In this document: one piece after another, positions 18,221-28,252 of the stretch
How the letters are laid out: each line of letters begins with the position of its first letter
How positions within the stretch are numbered: the stretch's first letter is position 1
Virus record (IMG/VR): IMGVR_UViG_3300013829_000018
Coordinates: 1-44,786 of that record
Direction: 5' to 3' (one strand)
DNA length: 44,786 nucleotides
Source: a virus
Taxonomy: Duplodnaviria > Caudoviricetes
Notes under the pieces: model-generated
Seen by the model: only the letters and a program-made list of their open reading frames with translations
Database searches by the model: none
What the model was told of the DNA's origin: nothing
Translations under genes and position numbers: made by a program

Positions 18221-19684
18221 ATGGCCATCGGATTTGATGCCGTCCCGCGCAACCTGCGCGTGCCGTTCGTGTACGCGGAATTCGACAACAGCAACGCCGT
18301 CAGCGGCGCGGCCCTCATGGCCTACCGCACCCTGGCCTGCGGGCAGAAGCTGGCCGGTGGCACCGCCACCCCCCTTGTGCCCGTGCGCGTGACCAGCGCG
18401 GCCCAAGCCAAGACCCTGTTCGGCACGGGCAGCATGCTGGCGCAGATCTGCGCCACCTACCTGGACGGCGACCCCATGACCGAGCTGTGGGCCATGCCCG
18501 TGGCCGACAACGCGGCCGGGCAGGCGGCCACCTGCACGGTTACCCTTACCGGCGCGGCCACCGAGGGCGGCACCCTGGTGCTGTACGTGGGCGGGCGCGC
18601 CGTCAGCTGCGGGGTAACGGCGGGCCAGCAGGCCAGCGCCGTGGCCACCGCCCTTGCCGCCGCCGTCAGCGCCGTGGCCGACAGCCCGTGCACGGCGGCC
18701 GCAGCCGGGGCCGTGGTTACCCTGACCGCCCGGCACAAGGGCCTTGCCGCCAACGGGCTGGACGTGCGCCTGAACTACTACGGCGAATCCACCCCGGCGG
18801 GCCTTGCCGTGGTCATCACGGCCATGGCCGGGGGCACCGCCAACCCGGATGTGGCTCCCATCATCGCCGCGCTGGGCGACGAGCACTACAACGTCATTGT
18901 CTGGCCGTGGACCGACGCCGCCAGCTTGGTGGCCGTGGAGGCGGAACTGTTGGACCGTTGGGGCCCCCTGCGCATGATCGAGGGCGTGGCCATCGCGGCG
19001 GCCACCGGCAGCCACGGCGCGCTCGGCACCCTGGGCGACAGCCGCAACAGCCAGCACCTGTGCATTGCCCATGCCCACGGCGTGCCCAACCCGGTGTGGG
19101 AGGTGGCCGCCGCCTACGCAGCCGTTGCCGCCTACTACGGCAACATCGATCCCGCCCGGCCTTTCCAGACGCTGCCGCTGGCCGGCATCCTCGCCCCGGC
19201 CGAGGTGGACCGGTTCACCCTGCAGGAAAACAACCTGCTGCTCTACGACGGCATCTCCACCCTGTACGTGGACGCCGGGGGCACCGTGCGCGTGCAACGG
19301 CTCATCACCACCTACAAGACCAGCCCCAACGGCGCGGAAGACCCCAGCTACCTGGACCTCAACACCATCCTGACGCTGGGCTACATCCGCTACGACTTCC
19401 GCAACTACATCCTGCGCAAGTACCCGCGCCACAAGCTGGCCGACGACGGCAACAACTTCGGCGTCGGCCAGCCCATCATCACGCCCAAGGTAGGCAAGGC
19501 GGAAGCCGTTGCCCGCGCCCGGGTGTGGGAAGAGATCGGCCTTGTCGAAAACGTGGACACCTTTGCCGCCAACGTGATCTGCGAGCGCAACCCCAGCGAC
19601 CGCAACCGCCTGGACTGGCTGCTGCCGCCCGACCTGGTGAACCAGTTCGTGGTGGGCGGCGTGAAGATCCAGTTCATTCTCTAA
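18221..19684 (+). CDS. Tail sheath protein (Mu gpL-like)
   Basis: LRVPFVYAEFDNS, FGTGSML, DPARPFQTL, NLLLYDGIST, PPDLVNQ. Confidence 0.96.
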   Translation: MAIGFDAVPRNLRVPFVYAEFDNSNAVSGAALMAYRTLACGQKLAGGTATPLVPVRVTSAAQAKTLFGTGSMLAQICATYLDGDPMTELWAMPVADNAAGQAATCTVTLTGAATEGGTLVLYVGGRAVSCGVTAGQQASAVATALAAAVSAVADSPCTAAAAGAVVTLTARHKGLAANGLDVRLNYYGESTPAGLAVVITAMAGGTANPDVAPIIAALGDEHYNVIVWPWTDAASLVAVEAELLDRWGPLRMIEGVAIAAATGSHGALGTLGDSRNSQHLCIAHAHGVPNPVWEVAAAYAAVAAYYGNIDPARPFQTLPLAGILAPAEVDRFTLQENNLLLYDGISTLYVDAGGTVRVQRLITTYKTSPNGAEDPSYLDLNTILTLGYIRYDFRNYILRKYPRHKLADDGNNFGVGQPIITPKVGKAEAVARARVWEEIGLVENVDTFAANVICERNPSDRNRLDWLLPPDLVNQFVVGGVKIQFIL

Positions 19685-19708
19685 CCCGCCACAAAGGAGG
19701 GACCACAT

Positions 19709-20074
19709 ATGGCAACGGGCAACCGCCGCGCGGGCATCATCTACTTCAAGATCGACGGCGCGCTTCAGGAAGCCAAGGGCGAATTCACCTACAACCTCGG
19801 GCTGCCCAAGCGCGAGGGCATCGTGGGTGCGGACACCGTGCACGGCTACAAGGAAACGGTGCAGGTGCCTTTCATCGAAGGTGCCATCACCGACCGGGCC
19901 GACCTTTCGCTGAAGTCCTTGCAGACGCTGGACGGCGTTACGGTGACCCTGGAGCTGAACAACGGCAAGACCGTCACCATGCGTGACGCCTGGTACGCGG
20001 GCGACGGCAACGTGAAGACCGGCGAGGGTGAAATTGCGGTGCGGTTTGAAGGCAAGACCGCCGAGGAGGTGTAG
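19709..20074 (+). CDS. Tail tube protein (Mu gpM-like)
   Basis: AGIIYFKIDG, REGIVGADTVHGYKE..PFIEG, VRFEG. Confidence 0.92.
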   Translation: MATGNRRAGIIYFKIDGALQEAKGEFTYNLGLPKREGIVGADTVHGYKETVQVPFIEGAITDRADLSLKSLQTLDGVTVTLELNNGKTVTMRDAWYAGDGNVKTGEGEIAVRFEGKTAEEV

Positions 20075-20078
20075 GCGC

Positions 20079-20363
20079 ATGGAACCGAAAGTGCTGAAGC
20101 TCAAGCACCCCATCGGCAAGGGTGAGACGGCCATCACGGAACTGGTGTTCCAGGGGCCGCTGAAGGGCAAGCACATGAAAGGTGTGCCCATCGGCGGCAA
20201 CGCCATGTGCATGGAGCACATCCTCATGGTGGGTGGCCGCCTGTGCAACCAGCCGCCGTCGGTGATGGCGGAGCTGGAAAGCGAAGACCTGTTCGAGGCC
20301 CTGGCCATCACGTCCGGTTTTTTGCCGAGTGGCCCGTCGATTGGACAACAGCCGTCGGAGTAA
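20079..20363 (+). CDS. Tail assembly chaperone (Mu gp41/P2 gpE-like)
   Basis: LKLKHPI..ITELVF; between tube and tape measure genes. Confidence 0.85.
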   Translation: MEPKVLKLKHPIGKGETAITELVFQGPLKGKHMKGVPIGGNAMCMEHILMVGGRLCNQPPSVMAELESEDLFEALAITSGFLPSGPSIGQQPSE

Positions 20364-20470
20364 TCGCCGACGCCTTCCACTTCGGGCCTGTTGACTTGAT
20401 GGACATGGACGCCAGCGACCTGCGTTTCTGGCTGGACCGAGTGAACGAGCTGAACGCCGAACGGAGTTGA
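20318..20470 (+). CDS. -1 frameshift extension of the tail chaperone (P2 gpE+E'-like)
   Basis: T TTT TTG at 20318-20324; the -1 frame reads IADAFHFGPVDLMDMDASDLRFWL and stops 1 nt before the tape measure ATG. Confidence 0.8.
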   Translation, partial: FFAEWPVDWTTAVGVIADAFHFGPVDLMDMDASDLRFWLDRVNELNAERS

Positions 20471-20471
20471 C

Positions 20472-22061
20472 ATGGCTGGGCCGCGCGAAACCGGCGTAAC
20501 CTTCGTCCTTGGGGCACTGGACAGATTCAGTGCCCCATTCCGGGCGTTCAACGACAGGCTGGAGGCATCTACCACCAACTTGCGGCGCATGCACGATTCG
20601 TGGGGCGCCCTGAACAGGGAAGGCGGGCGGTTCGCCGGGCTGTCCGGCCTGTCGCGGTTTGCTTCCCTCGGCGGCAATGCGCGCGGCCATTTCGGCGAGG
20701 CAACGGCGGCTGCCCAGGATTTTGCCGCCAAGGCCACCGTTGCGGCGGGCGTGGCGGGGTTCGCCTTCAAGACACAGTTCCTCGACACGGCGGCGCAGTT
20801 CGAGCAGTTCGAGACGATCCTGACCACCCTGAATCGGGGGGACAAGGGCGCTGCCAAGGAGCAGCTGGCCTGGATAAGCGAGTTCGCCGCCAAGACCCCG
20901 TACGAGTTGGCCGGTGTGACCGACGCCTTCGTCAAGCTGCGGGCCTACGGCATGGACCCCATGAAGGGCCTGCTGAAGGTGTTGGGCGATACGGCGTCCT
21001 CCATGGGCAAGCCGCTGGAAACGGCGGTTGAAGCCATTGCCGATGCGGTGACAGGCGAGAACGAGCGCCTGAAGGAATTCGGCATCAAGGCCGCCAAGGA
21101 AGGCGGCAAGATCATCTACGAATACACCGACGCCGCAGGCAAGCAGTCCAAGTTGATGGCCAAGGCCAGCGACCGCGCCCAGATCCAGGCCACGCTGATG
21201 AAGATCTGGGCAGAGAAGTACGGCGGCGGCATGGAGGCTCAGTCCAAAAACTGGAACGGCATGTGGTCCAACATGATGGACGGATGGAGTCGCTTCAGCA
21301 ACATGATCATGCAGAACGGCGTGCTCGACTGGATGAAGGGCAAGCTGGGCGGGGTGCTGGCAGAGATAGACGTCATGTCCTCCGATGGCCGCCTGCAGGC
21401 GTGGGCAAAGGACATCGGCGAAAAGATGGTGCGCTTCTTCGATGCAGCGTGGGAAGTGCTGCCCAAGCTGTGGGACGGACTGCAAACCTTGGGCGACAAA
21501 CTGGCGTGGGTGGCCGATCTGCTGGGCGGCTGGGACAACCTGGCCATTGCGGCGGGAGCCCTGATGTCCGGGCTTGTCGGCCCCATCCTTGGGCTGGCAG
21601 CCGCATTTCTGCAATTGTCGCTGGCACTGGTGGCCACCCCCTTTGGTTGGGTGGTGCTGGCCATCGGCGGGGTAATCGCCGCCGTCACCGCCCTGTGGTT
21701 GAAGTGGGATGCCATCATCAAGTGGGCGAAGGAAGCCATGCCGGATTGGCTGGTGGACGGAGCATCCGCAGTGGGCGATTTCTTCGTTGGGCAGAAGGGC
21801 GTGTTCGCGCCTGCGGGCGCGTCGCCCGCGTCTCCGGAGACGGAAGGTGCACCGGCTCTTGCTGCCCGCCCCAGCCTTGGCGCGTCCGACACCATGCGTC
21901 GCGTGCAGGAACAGCGCTTTCAGTCGCTGGAACGCAAGGAAAGCCACTCCACCGTCACCATCAAGATGGAAGGCGTACCGCGCGGCACAGAGGTGCGCCA
22001 GACGGGCGAACCGGTGGACACGGACGTAACCTACATGGGCCTTGCCGCCCCGGCCCACTAG
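20472..22061 (+). CDS. Tail tape measure protein
   Basis: FAAKTPYEL..VTDAFVKLRAYG, GENERLKEFG, hydrophobic C-terminal segment; synteny. Confidence 0.9.
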   Translation: MAGPRETGVTFVLGALDRFSAPFRAFNDRLEASTTNLRRMHDSWGALNREGGRFAGLSGLSRFASLGGNARGHFGEATAAAQDFAAKATVAAGVAGFAFKTQFLDTAAQFEQFETILTTLNRGDKGAAKEQLAWISEFAAKTPYELAGVTDAFVKLRAYGMDPMKGLLKVLGDTASSMGKPLETAVEAIADAVTGENERLKEFGIKAAKEGGKIIYEYTDAAGKQSKLMAKASDRAQIQATLMKIWAEKYGGGMEAQSKNWNGMWSNMMDGWSRFSNMIMQNGVLDWMKGKLGGVLAEIDVMSSDGRLQAWAKDIGEKMVRFFDAAWEVLPKLWDGLQTLGDKLAWVADLLGGWDNLAIAAGALMSGLVGPILGLAAAFLQLSLALVATPFGWVVLAIGGVIAAVTALWLKWDAIIKWAKEAMPDWLVDGASAVGDFFVGQKGVFAPAGASPASPETEGAPALAARPSLGASDTMRRVQEQRFQSLERKESHSTVTIKMEGVPRGTEVRQTGEPVDTDVTYMGLAAPAH

Positions 22062-22070
22062 GAGCGCGCC

Positions 22071-23282
22071 ATGTCCATCAAGAGCACCGACGCCGCATGG
22101 CGGCGCAGCCTGCGCAAGGCATCCTTCCGGGGGGTGTCCTTCCATGTGGACACCAGCGACCGGGAAACCGGGCGCCGTGCCGTCACCCACGAATTTCCGG
22201 GGCGCGACGTGCCCTACACCGAAGACCTTGGCCGCAAGGCGCGCACCTACGCGGTGGAAGCCTACGTGCTGGGGCAGGACTACATGCCCGCCCGCGACGC
22301 CCTGCTGAAGGCCTGCGAAGAAGAAGGCCCCGGCCGCCTGGTTACACCATGGTCTGGCGAGGCGCTGGTGAACTGCACCGGCTGCCGCGTGCGCGAAAGC
22401 AAGACCGACGGCGGCATGGCCACCTTCAGCTTGACGTTTGCCGAAGCGGGCGAGGCGGCCAACCCCTCCGGATCCGCCAAGCCCGGCGCGCTGGCGTCGT
22501 CGCGGGCGGATGGAGCGTTCTCCAGCGCGGACGATGCCCTGGACCGTGACCTTGCCCTGGACGGCCAGCCGGAACCGGTGCTGCGTGACACCCTTTCCGC
22601 CGTGCGCGACATGGCGTCCGCAGCCAGGCGCGCCCGTTCTGTGGTGGCGGATCCGGAAGGGTTCGCCAGCAACCTTGCCCTCATCGAGGGCATGTCCGTG
22701 GCGCAACTGGCCAACGCCGTGCCCTCCGATCTGCTGCGCCCCATGTACGCCGACGGCGGCAACCTTTCCGCGTCGTCCCACACCAGCCGCGCGGGAGAGA
22801 TGCTGTCCCTTGCGGCCGCAGCCCCGGCCGTCACCGTGCCTGCTGGCGCGGGCACCATGCGCACCACTGCGGCGGAAAACCGCTCGGCCCTTTCGGCCTA
22901 TCAGCGCCGGGCCGCCACGGCAGAGGCCGCGCGCTCCGCCGCGCTGTCCGCCCCGGCATCGCGCGCGGATGCCGCCACCCTGCGCGAGAGCGTGACCGAT
23001 GCGGTGGACGCCGTACTCGATGCCGCCACCGACGACGCGGTGTTCACCGCCTTCACCGACCTTCAGGCCGCCACGGTAAAGGCCCTGGCCGACAGCGCGG
23101 GCAGCGCGCCGGACGTTGTGACAGTCCAGCAGCCCGTGGTTGCGCCTTCGCTGGTGGTGGCCCACCGCACCGTGGCCGACCGGGATGCGCCCGCCGTGGA
23201 GACGGAGATCCTTGCCCGCAACCGCGTGCGGCACCCCGGCTTCGTGCCGCCGGGCGAACTTGAGGTGCTGCGCAATGCCTAG
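22071..23282 (+). CDS. DNA circularisation/tail protein (Mu gpN-like)
   Basis: WRRSLRKASFRGVSF, GRRAVTHEFPGRD.PYTEDLG, RNRVRHPGFVP. Confidence 0.93.
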   Translation: MSIKSTDAAWRRSLRKASFRGVSFHVDTSDRETGRRAVTHEFPGRDVPYTEDLGRKARTYAVEAYVLGQDYMPARDALLKACEEEGPGRLVTPWSGEALVNCTGCRVRESKTDGGMATFSLTFAEAGEAANPSGSAKPGALASSRADGAFSSADDALDRDLALDGQPEPVLRDTLSAVRDMASAARRARSVVADPEGFASNLALIEGMSVAQLANAVPSDLLRPMYADGGNLSASSHTSRAGEMLSLAAAAPAVTVPAGAGTMRTTAAENRSALSAYQRRAATAEAARSAALSAPASRADAATLRESVTDAVDAVLDAATDDAVFTAFTDLQAATVKALADSAGSAPDVVTVQQPVVAPSLVVAHRTVADRDAPAVETEILARNRVRHPGFVPPGELEVLRNA

Positions 23283-24396
23283 CGAGATCGTGACGCTCGA
23301 AATAGACGGCGTGCGCTGGCTGGGGTGGGAAGAGGTTACCATCACCCGCGCCGTGGACGCCGTGTCCGGCGCGTTCAGCCTGCGCCTGTCAGACCGCTGG
23401 ACGCAAGGGTCTACGGCGTTGCCCATCGCGCCGGGCATGGCCTGCGTCATCACCGCAGGATCGGACACCCTGATCAAGGGGTGGATAGACTCCGTGAACG
23501 CGTCCTTCGGCTCCGGCGCGCACGCCATCACCGTGGCCGGGCGAGACGCCAGCGCCGACCTGGTGGACTGCGCCGCCATCCACAAGCCCGGCGAGTGGAA
23601 GTCCATCACCGTCAGCCGACTTGCCGCCATCCTTGCCGCGCCCTTTGGCGTGAAGGTGCGGTGCGAGGGCAACGAGGGCGTGCCCATTCCCACGCACAAG
23701 GTGGAGCCGGGCGAAACCGCGTGGGAATGCCTGGAACGGGGGTTGCGCCAGCGCGAGCTGATGGCCATGCCGGATGCGGCCGGGGGCATCGTCATCGTGG
23801 CCGTGGGGTCCGGCCGGGCGTCTACCTCCATCGTGCAGGGGCAGAACGTGCTGGAGGCCTCCGCGTCGTTCGACGCCAAGGACCGCTACAGCGAATACCG
23901 CGTGCTTGCCCAGAACAAGGGCAGCGACACCGCAAGCGGCGACAAGGCGGCGGCCGTGGTGGGCACCGCCAAGGATCCCGTCCTTGGCCGGTACCGCCCC
24001 CACGTCATCAGCGGCGAGGCCCCCAAGGACGCCGCCACGGCCAAGCGCCGGGCGGAGTGGGAAGCCAGCGTGCGCGCCGGGCGCAGTGCCTCCGTTGATG
24101 TCACCGTGCAGGGCTGGCGACAGGGCGATGGCACCCTGTGGCCGCTCAACGCCATGTGCCGGGTGCAACTGCCGTGGTTGCGCGTGGACAAGGACCTGAT
24201 GATCGGCCGCGTGGTGCACAAGCTGGGCAGCGGCGGCACCACCACCCAGCTCACCTTGCGCAGCCCGGCCGCCTTCGCCCAGGAATTCGAGAAGAAGCTG
24301 AAGAAGGAAAAGAAGGGCGACGGCGACTTGCTGGGCGACGCCAAGCAGCTTTCCAAGGAAGAGCAGCAGCGGATCCTGAACGGGGAGAACGGATAG
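23275..24396 (+). CDS. Baseplate hub (Mu gpP/gp44-like)
   Basis: GWEEVTITR, GRDASADLVDC, VEPGETAWE, DRYSEYRV, VQGWR..LW.LN. Confidence 0.93.
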   Translation: MPSEIVTLEIDGVRWLGWEEVTITRAVDAVSGAFSLRLSDRWTQGSTALPIAPGMACVITAGSDTLIKGWIDSVNASFGSGAHAITVAGRDASADLVDCAAIHKPGEWKSITVSRLAAILAAPFGVKVRCEGNEGVPIPTHKVEPGETAWECLERGLRQRELMAMPDAAGGIVIVAVGSGRASTSIVQGQNVLEASASFDAKDRYSEYRVLAQNKGSDTASGDKAAAVVGTAKDPVLGRYRPHVISGEAPKDAATAKRRAEWEASVRAGRSASVDVTVQGWRQGDGTLWPLNAMCRVQLPWLRVDKDLMIGRVVHKLGSGGTTTQLTLRSPAAFAQEFEKKLKKEKKGDGDLLGDAKQLSKEEQQRILNGENG

Positions 24397-25037
24397 TGGA
24401 CCAATCGACCTTTGGCCGCATGACCTCGCGGATAACGCGCGCCCTGCACGGCATGGTGGCCCGCGCCGTAGTGCGCCGGGTGGATGATGCCCCCAAGATG
24501 CAGGAGCTGCAGGTGGCCCTGCTGGCCGACGAACTGGCCGACGGGGTGGAGCGCTTCCAGAACTACGGCTTCACCGCGCACCCGCTGCCGGGCGCGGAGG
24601 GCATTGCCGTGTTCGTGGGTGCGGACCGCGCCCACGGCGTGGTCATTGCCGTGGACGACCGGCGCTTTCGGCTCGCCAGCCTGCAGCCCGGCGAGGTGGC
24701 CATCTACACGGACGAGGGCGACACCATCCACCTCATGCGCAACCGCACCATAAAGGTGACCACGCTGCACCTTCAGGTGGACGCGGAAGAGGATGTGACC
24801 ATGACGACGAAGCGGTACGAGGTGACGGCTACGGAATCCGCAGCAATCAACACCCCGTCCTTCACCGCGCGCGGGGTGGGCGAGGGCACGTGCGTTTCGA
24901 CCATGGAAGGCAGCCTGCACACCACCGGCAACGTGACCACCGATGCCGACGTCACGGCCGGGGCGGTCAGCCTGCGCACCCACGTGCACCCGGAAAACGA
25001 CGGCGGCGGGCCCACGTCGCCGCCGGTGGGGGGATAG
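24396..25037 (+). CDS. Baseplate spike (Mu gp45/P2 gpV-like)
   Basis: VERFQNYGFTAHPLPGAE, DDRRFR..LQPGEVAIY, C-terminal HVH metal site; GTG start with GGAG SD. Confidence 0.92.
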   Translation: MDQSTFGRMTSRITRALHGMVARAVVRRVDDAPKMQELQVALLADELADGVERFQNYGFTAHPLPGAEGIAVFVGADRAHGVVIAVDDRRFRLASLQPGEVAIYTDEGDTIHLMRNRTIKVTTLHLQVDAEEDVTMTTKRYEVTATESAAINTPSFTARGVGEGTCVSTMEGSLHTTGNVTTDADVTAGAVSLRTHVHPENDGGGPTSPPVGG

Positions 25038-25505
25038 ATGGACATCCTGCTGGCATTCGGCACGCCGGGCGCGGACCTGGCCGTGGCGTCCGGCGATCTG
25101 CTCACGGACAACGGCCTGCTCACGGCCGTGGTGGTCAGCCTGTTCACCAACCGCCAGGCGGAACCCGGCGACGAACTGCCCGCCGGGGAAACGGACCGTC
25201 AGGGTTGGTGGGCCGACGCCACCTTGCCCAGGCTTACCGGCGCTTCGGACAAGATAGGCTCTCGCCTGTGGCTGCTGCGGCGCGAAAAGCAGTTGCCGGA
25301 GGTGGTGGCCCGCGCCCGCGAATACGCCACGGAAGCCTTGCAATGGCTGCTCACCGAGCGCCGCGTGGACGGGCTGACGGTGACGGCCACGGTGCCGGAG
25401 CGGGGCCATCTGCAACTTCAGGTGGCGCTTGAGGTGGATGGCGCAACGCAACTTTCCGCGTTTGATTACAGCTACCTGACCGGCGCATACCGCCTGTCGG
25501 TCTAG
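25038..25505 (+). CDS. Baseplate protein (Mu gp46-like)
   Basis: LLTAVVVSLFT, GWWAD, IGSRLWLLRREK, EALQWL. Confidence 0.92.
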   Translation: MDILLAFGTPGADLAVASGDLLTDNGLLTAVVVSLFTNRQAEPGDELPAGETDRQGWWADATLPRLTGASDKIGSRLWLLRREKQLPEVVARAREYATEALQWLLTERRVDGLTVTATVPERGHLQLQVALEVDGATQLSAFDYSYLTGAYRLSV

Positions 25506-25520
25506 ACGCCAGGAGGCCCC

Positions 25521-26576
25521 ATGCCCTACGACCGCCCGTCCCTTGGCCAGCTTGTCTCCCGCGCGGAGACGGACCTTTCCGCCCGCCTGCTGGACGGTGA
25601 CGCCCCGTTGCGCCGGTCGGTGGTGGGCGTGCTGGCGCGCGTCACCGCCGGGCAGGCGCACATGCAGTACGGCTACCTCGAATGGCTGGCGCAACAGCCT
25701 TTCGTGGATACGGCAGAAGCCGAATACCTGGAGCGCCACGCCAGCATCTGGGACGTGCCGCGCAAGGTGGCCGTGGCCGCCACAGGCACGGTCGGCCTGC
25801 CCGGCACGAACGGGGCCGTCATCCCGGCCGGGACGGAGCTGCAACGCGCCGACGAGGCCCTGTTCATCAGCACTGCCGACGCCACTGTGACCGCCGGGGT
25901 GGCGGCCGTGCCTGTGGCCGCGCAGGCGGCCGGGGCCGCTGGCAACACGGCCGTCGGCATCACCCTTACGCTCACGTCGCCCGTGTCCGGGGTACAGGCA
26001 TCCGGCACGGTGGCCGCTGGCGGCATCACCGGCGGGGTGGACGCGGAGGATGACGCGGATCTGCGCGCCCGGGTGCTCCGCCGCATCCAGGAGCCGCCCC
26101 AGGGCGGCAAGGCCGAAGACTACGTGTCCTGGGCGCTGGAGGTGCCCGGCGTGACGCGCGCGTGGGTGTACCCGCTGCGCATGGGCGCGGGCACCGTGGG
26201 CGTGGCCGTGGTGGCGGACGATGCGGCGGACGGCCCCATACCCGGCGCAGAACTGGTGGCCGCAGTGCAGGCCTACCTGGATACGGTGCGCCCGGTTACG
26301 GCGGAGGTGACGGCCTTTGCCCCCACCCCTCTCGCGGTCAACATCACTCTGCGCGTGACGCCGGACACGGAGGCCGTGCGTGAGGCGGTCCGGGCGGAGC
26401 TGCGCGACCTGTTCGCGCGCGAGAGCGAGCCCGGCGCGACGCTGCTCATATCGCACGTGGACGAGGCCGTTTCGCTGGCCCCCGGCGAGCAGGATCACGC
26501 CGTGCTCTCCCCGGCGGCCGACGTGGTACCGGCATCGCACGAGATGCCGGTGCTCGGCTCCATCACCTTCGCATAG
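25521..26576 (+). CDS. Baseplate J/Mu gp47 protein
   Basis: PFVDTAE.EYLERHA, GGVDAEDDADLRAR, PPQGG..DYV.WALEVPGVTRAW. Confidence 0.94.
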   Translation: MPYDRPSLGQLVSRAETDLSARLLDGDAPLRRSVVGVLARVTAGQAHMQYGYLEWLAQQPFVDTAEAEYLERHASIWDVPRKVAVAATGTVGLPGTNGAVIPAGTELQRADEALFISTADATVTAGVAAVPVAAQAAGAAGNTAVGITLTLTSPVSGVQASGTVAAGGITGGVDAEDDADLRARVLRRIQEPPQGGKAEDYVSWALEVPGVTRAWVYPLRMGAGTVGVAVVADDAADGPIPGAELVAAVQAYLDTVRPVTAEVTAFAPTPLAVNITLRVTPDTEAVREAVRAELRDLFARESEPGATLLISHVDEAVSLAPGEQDHAVLSPAADVVPASHEMPVLGSITFA

Positions 26577-26587
26577 GGGGCGGGACC

Positions 26588-27184
26588 ATGAAGCCTTACA
26601 GCGCGGAGGACTACGCGGCGCAGGCCGCCCAACTGTTGCCCCCTGGTGCAGCATGGCCGCGCGAGCCAGGCAGCGTGCTGGACGAACTGTTGCATGCCAT
26701 GGCGCAGGAGCCCGCCCGGCTGGACGCCAACGCCCACCGCCTGCTGGCGGAGCTGGACCCGCCGAAGGCCCTGGCCCTGCTGGCGGAGTGGGAGCGCATG
26801 TGCGGCCTGCCGGACACCTGCACCCAGGGTGCGGAAACCATTGCCCAGCGCCGCGACGCCGTGGTGTTGAAGCTGACGGCGCGCGGGGCACAGACGCCCG
26901 CCTATTTCGAGGAACTGGCCACGCTGCTGGCCAATGCGCCCTGTACGGTCAAGGAGTACCGGCCGTTCCGCGTGGGCGTGTCGGCCGCCGGGGATGCCTT
27001 GTCCAACGGCGACTGGCCCCACACCTTCACCGTGCAGGCCCCCTCCGTGCCCATTCGCGCGTTCGCCGTTGGACAGGGGGCTGCGGGTGAGCCGTTGCGC
27101 AGCTGGGGCAATGAGCAGCTGGAGTGCGTCATCCGGGGCGAAAAGCCCGCCCACACCATCGTCACCTTCACTTACGGGGCCTAG
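26588..27184 (+). CDS. Mu gp48/YmfQ (DUF2313) tail protein
   Basis: LLPPGAAW, LLAEWERMCGLPD, LECVI..KPAHT. Confidence 0.92.
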   Translation: MKPYSAEDYAAQAAQLLPPGAAWPREPGSVLDELLHAMAQEPARLDANAHRLLAELDPPKALALLAEWERMCGLPDTCTQGAETIAQRRDAVVLKLTARGAQTPAYFEELATLLANAPCTVKEYRPFRVGVSAAGDALSNGDWPHTFTVQAPSVPIRAFAVGQGAAGEPLRSWGNEQLECVIRGEKPAHTIVTFTYGA

Positions 27185-27206
27185 CCCAGACAACCCAGGA
27201 GGAACC

Positions 27207-28241
27207 ATGCACAGAATAGACGGCCCCGGCGCGACCGAAGACAACCGCTTTACCGACGGCAACCCGGCATCGGGGATACCGCCCACCATAGTGACGGATG
27301 ATTGGGCCAACGCGGTACAGGAAGAGATCGTCGCCGTCATCACGGCGGCCGGGCTGACGCTGAACAAGGCGTACAACGGCCAGTTGAAGGACGCCATCGA
27401 GGCGCTGATAGTTGGCGCTGTTCCCATGGCAAGCACTGCCGAGTCCGGACTAGTGGAGCTTGCCACCAGCGCCGAAGCCGTGGCCGGCGTGGACGCCGAG
27501 CGCGCGGTTACCCCGGCGGGGCTTTCCGCTGCCCTTGCCAATGCCCTGATGCCCGTGGGCACCATCATCGACGTGGCCGGGAAGGTGGCCCCCACGGGTT
27601 TTCTGAAATGCAACGGCTCGCCCGTCAGCCGCACGACGTATGCCAGCCTTTTCGCCAAGCTGGTTACCGACCTGGGGTTCACATCGCAGACGTTTACGGT
27701 GAGCCTTGCGAGCCCTGCGGTCTGCACCAAGGCATCCCACGGGTTCACGGGCGGGGAGCGGCTGCGCCTGTCCACCACCGGGGCGCTGCCGACGGGCTTG
27801 TCCACCAGCGCCGACTACTTCGTCGAGGTGATCAACGCGAACACCTTCTACCTGCTGTCGGCCGAGGGCGGCAGCCGCGTGAACACCAGCGGAACCCAGT
27901 CCGGCACGCACAGCTATACCCAGTCGCTGTACGGACTGGGGGACGGTGCAACCACCTTCAACGTGCCGGACCTGCGCGGCGAGTTCCGGCGCGGCTGGGA
28001 CGACGGCCGGGGGGTTGACGCCGGGCGAGGCGCGGGTACGTGGCAGGCTGACGAATTCAAGCAGCACAACCATAACGATGGGTTCAATGCCGACAACACC
28101 ATGGGGGTCAAAACCGCCGACCTTGCGGGAAGCACGTACTCCATTGTGGTGGACAACCCGGTCACGCCTTACGACATCCGGCGCGGCGGCGCTGAAACCC
28201 GTCCCCGCAACCGTGCGCTCCTGGCGTGCATCAAGTACTAG
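27207..28241 (+). CDS. Tail fibre protein with collar domain
   Basis: MHRID..FTDGNP..T.VT.DW.NAVQEE N-terminus; collar PVGTII..GFLKCNG..PDLRGEFRRGWD; ETRPRN.A..CIKY end. Confidence 0.92.
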   Translation: MHRIDGPGATEDNRFTDGNPASGIPPTIVTDDWANAVQEEIVAVITAAGLTLNKAYNGQLKDAIEALIVGAVPMASTAESGLVELATSAEAVAGVDAERAVTPAGLSAALANALMPVGTIIDVAGKVAPTGFLKCNGSPVSRTTYASLFAKLVTDLGFTSQTFTVSLASPAVCTKASHGFTGGERLRLSTTGALPTGLSTSADYFVEVINANTFYLLSAEGGSRVNTSGTQSGTHSYTQSLYGLGDGATTFNVPDLRGEFRRGWDDGRGVDAGRGAGTWQADEFKQHNHNDGFNADNTMGVKTADLAGSTYSIVVDNPVTPYDIRRGGAETRPRNRALLACIKY

Positions 28242-28252
28242 GAGGCCTGTCC

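Noticed and set aside
9431-26891. Very long minus-strand ORFs (998, 861, 982, 1301 and 1001 aa)
   Set aside because: Antisense shadows of high-GC3 structural genes; no motifs, and the plus strand carries recognisable proteins with SD sites
18221-27184. Transposable Mu-like phage or stand-alone tailocin
   Set aside because: No transposase genes; a tyrosine integrase, tRNA att duplication and a complete head module are present
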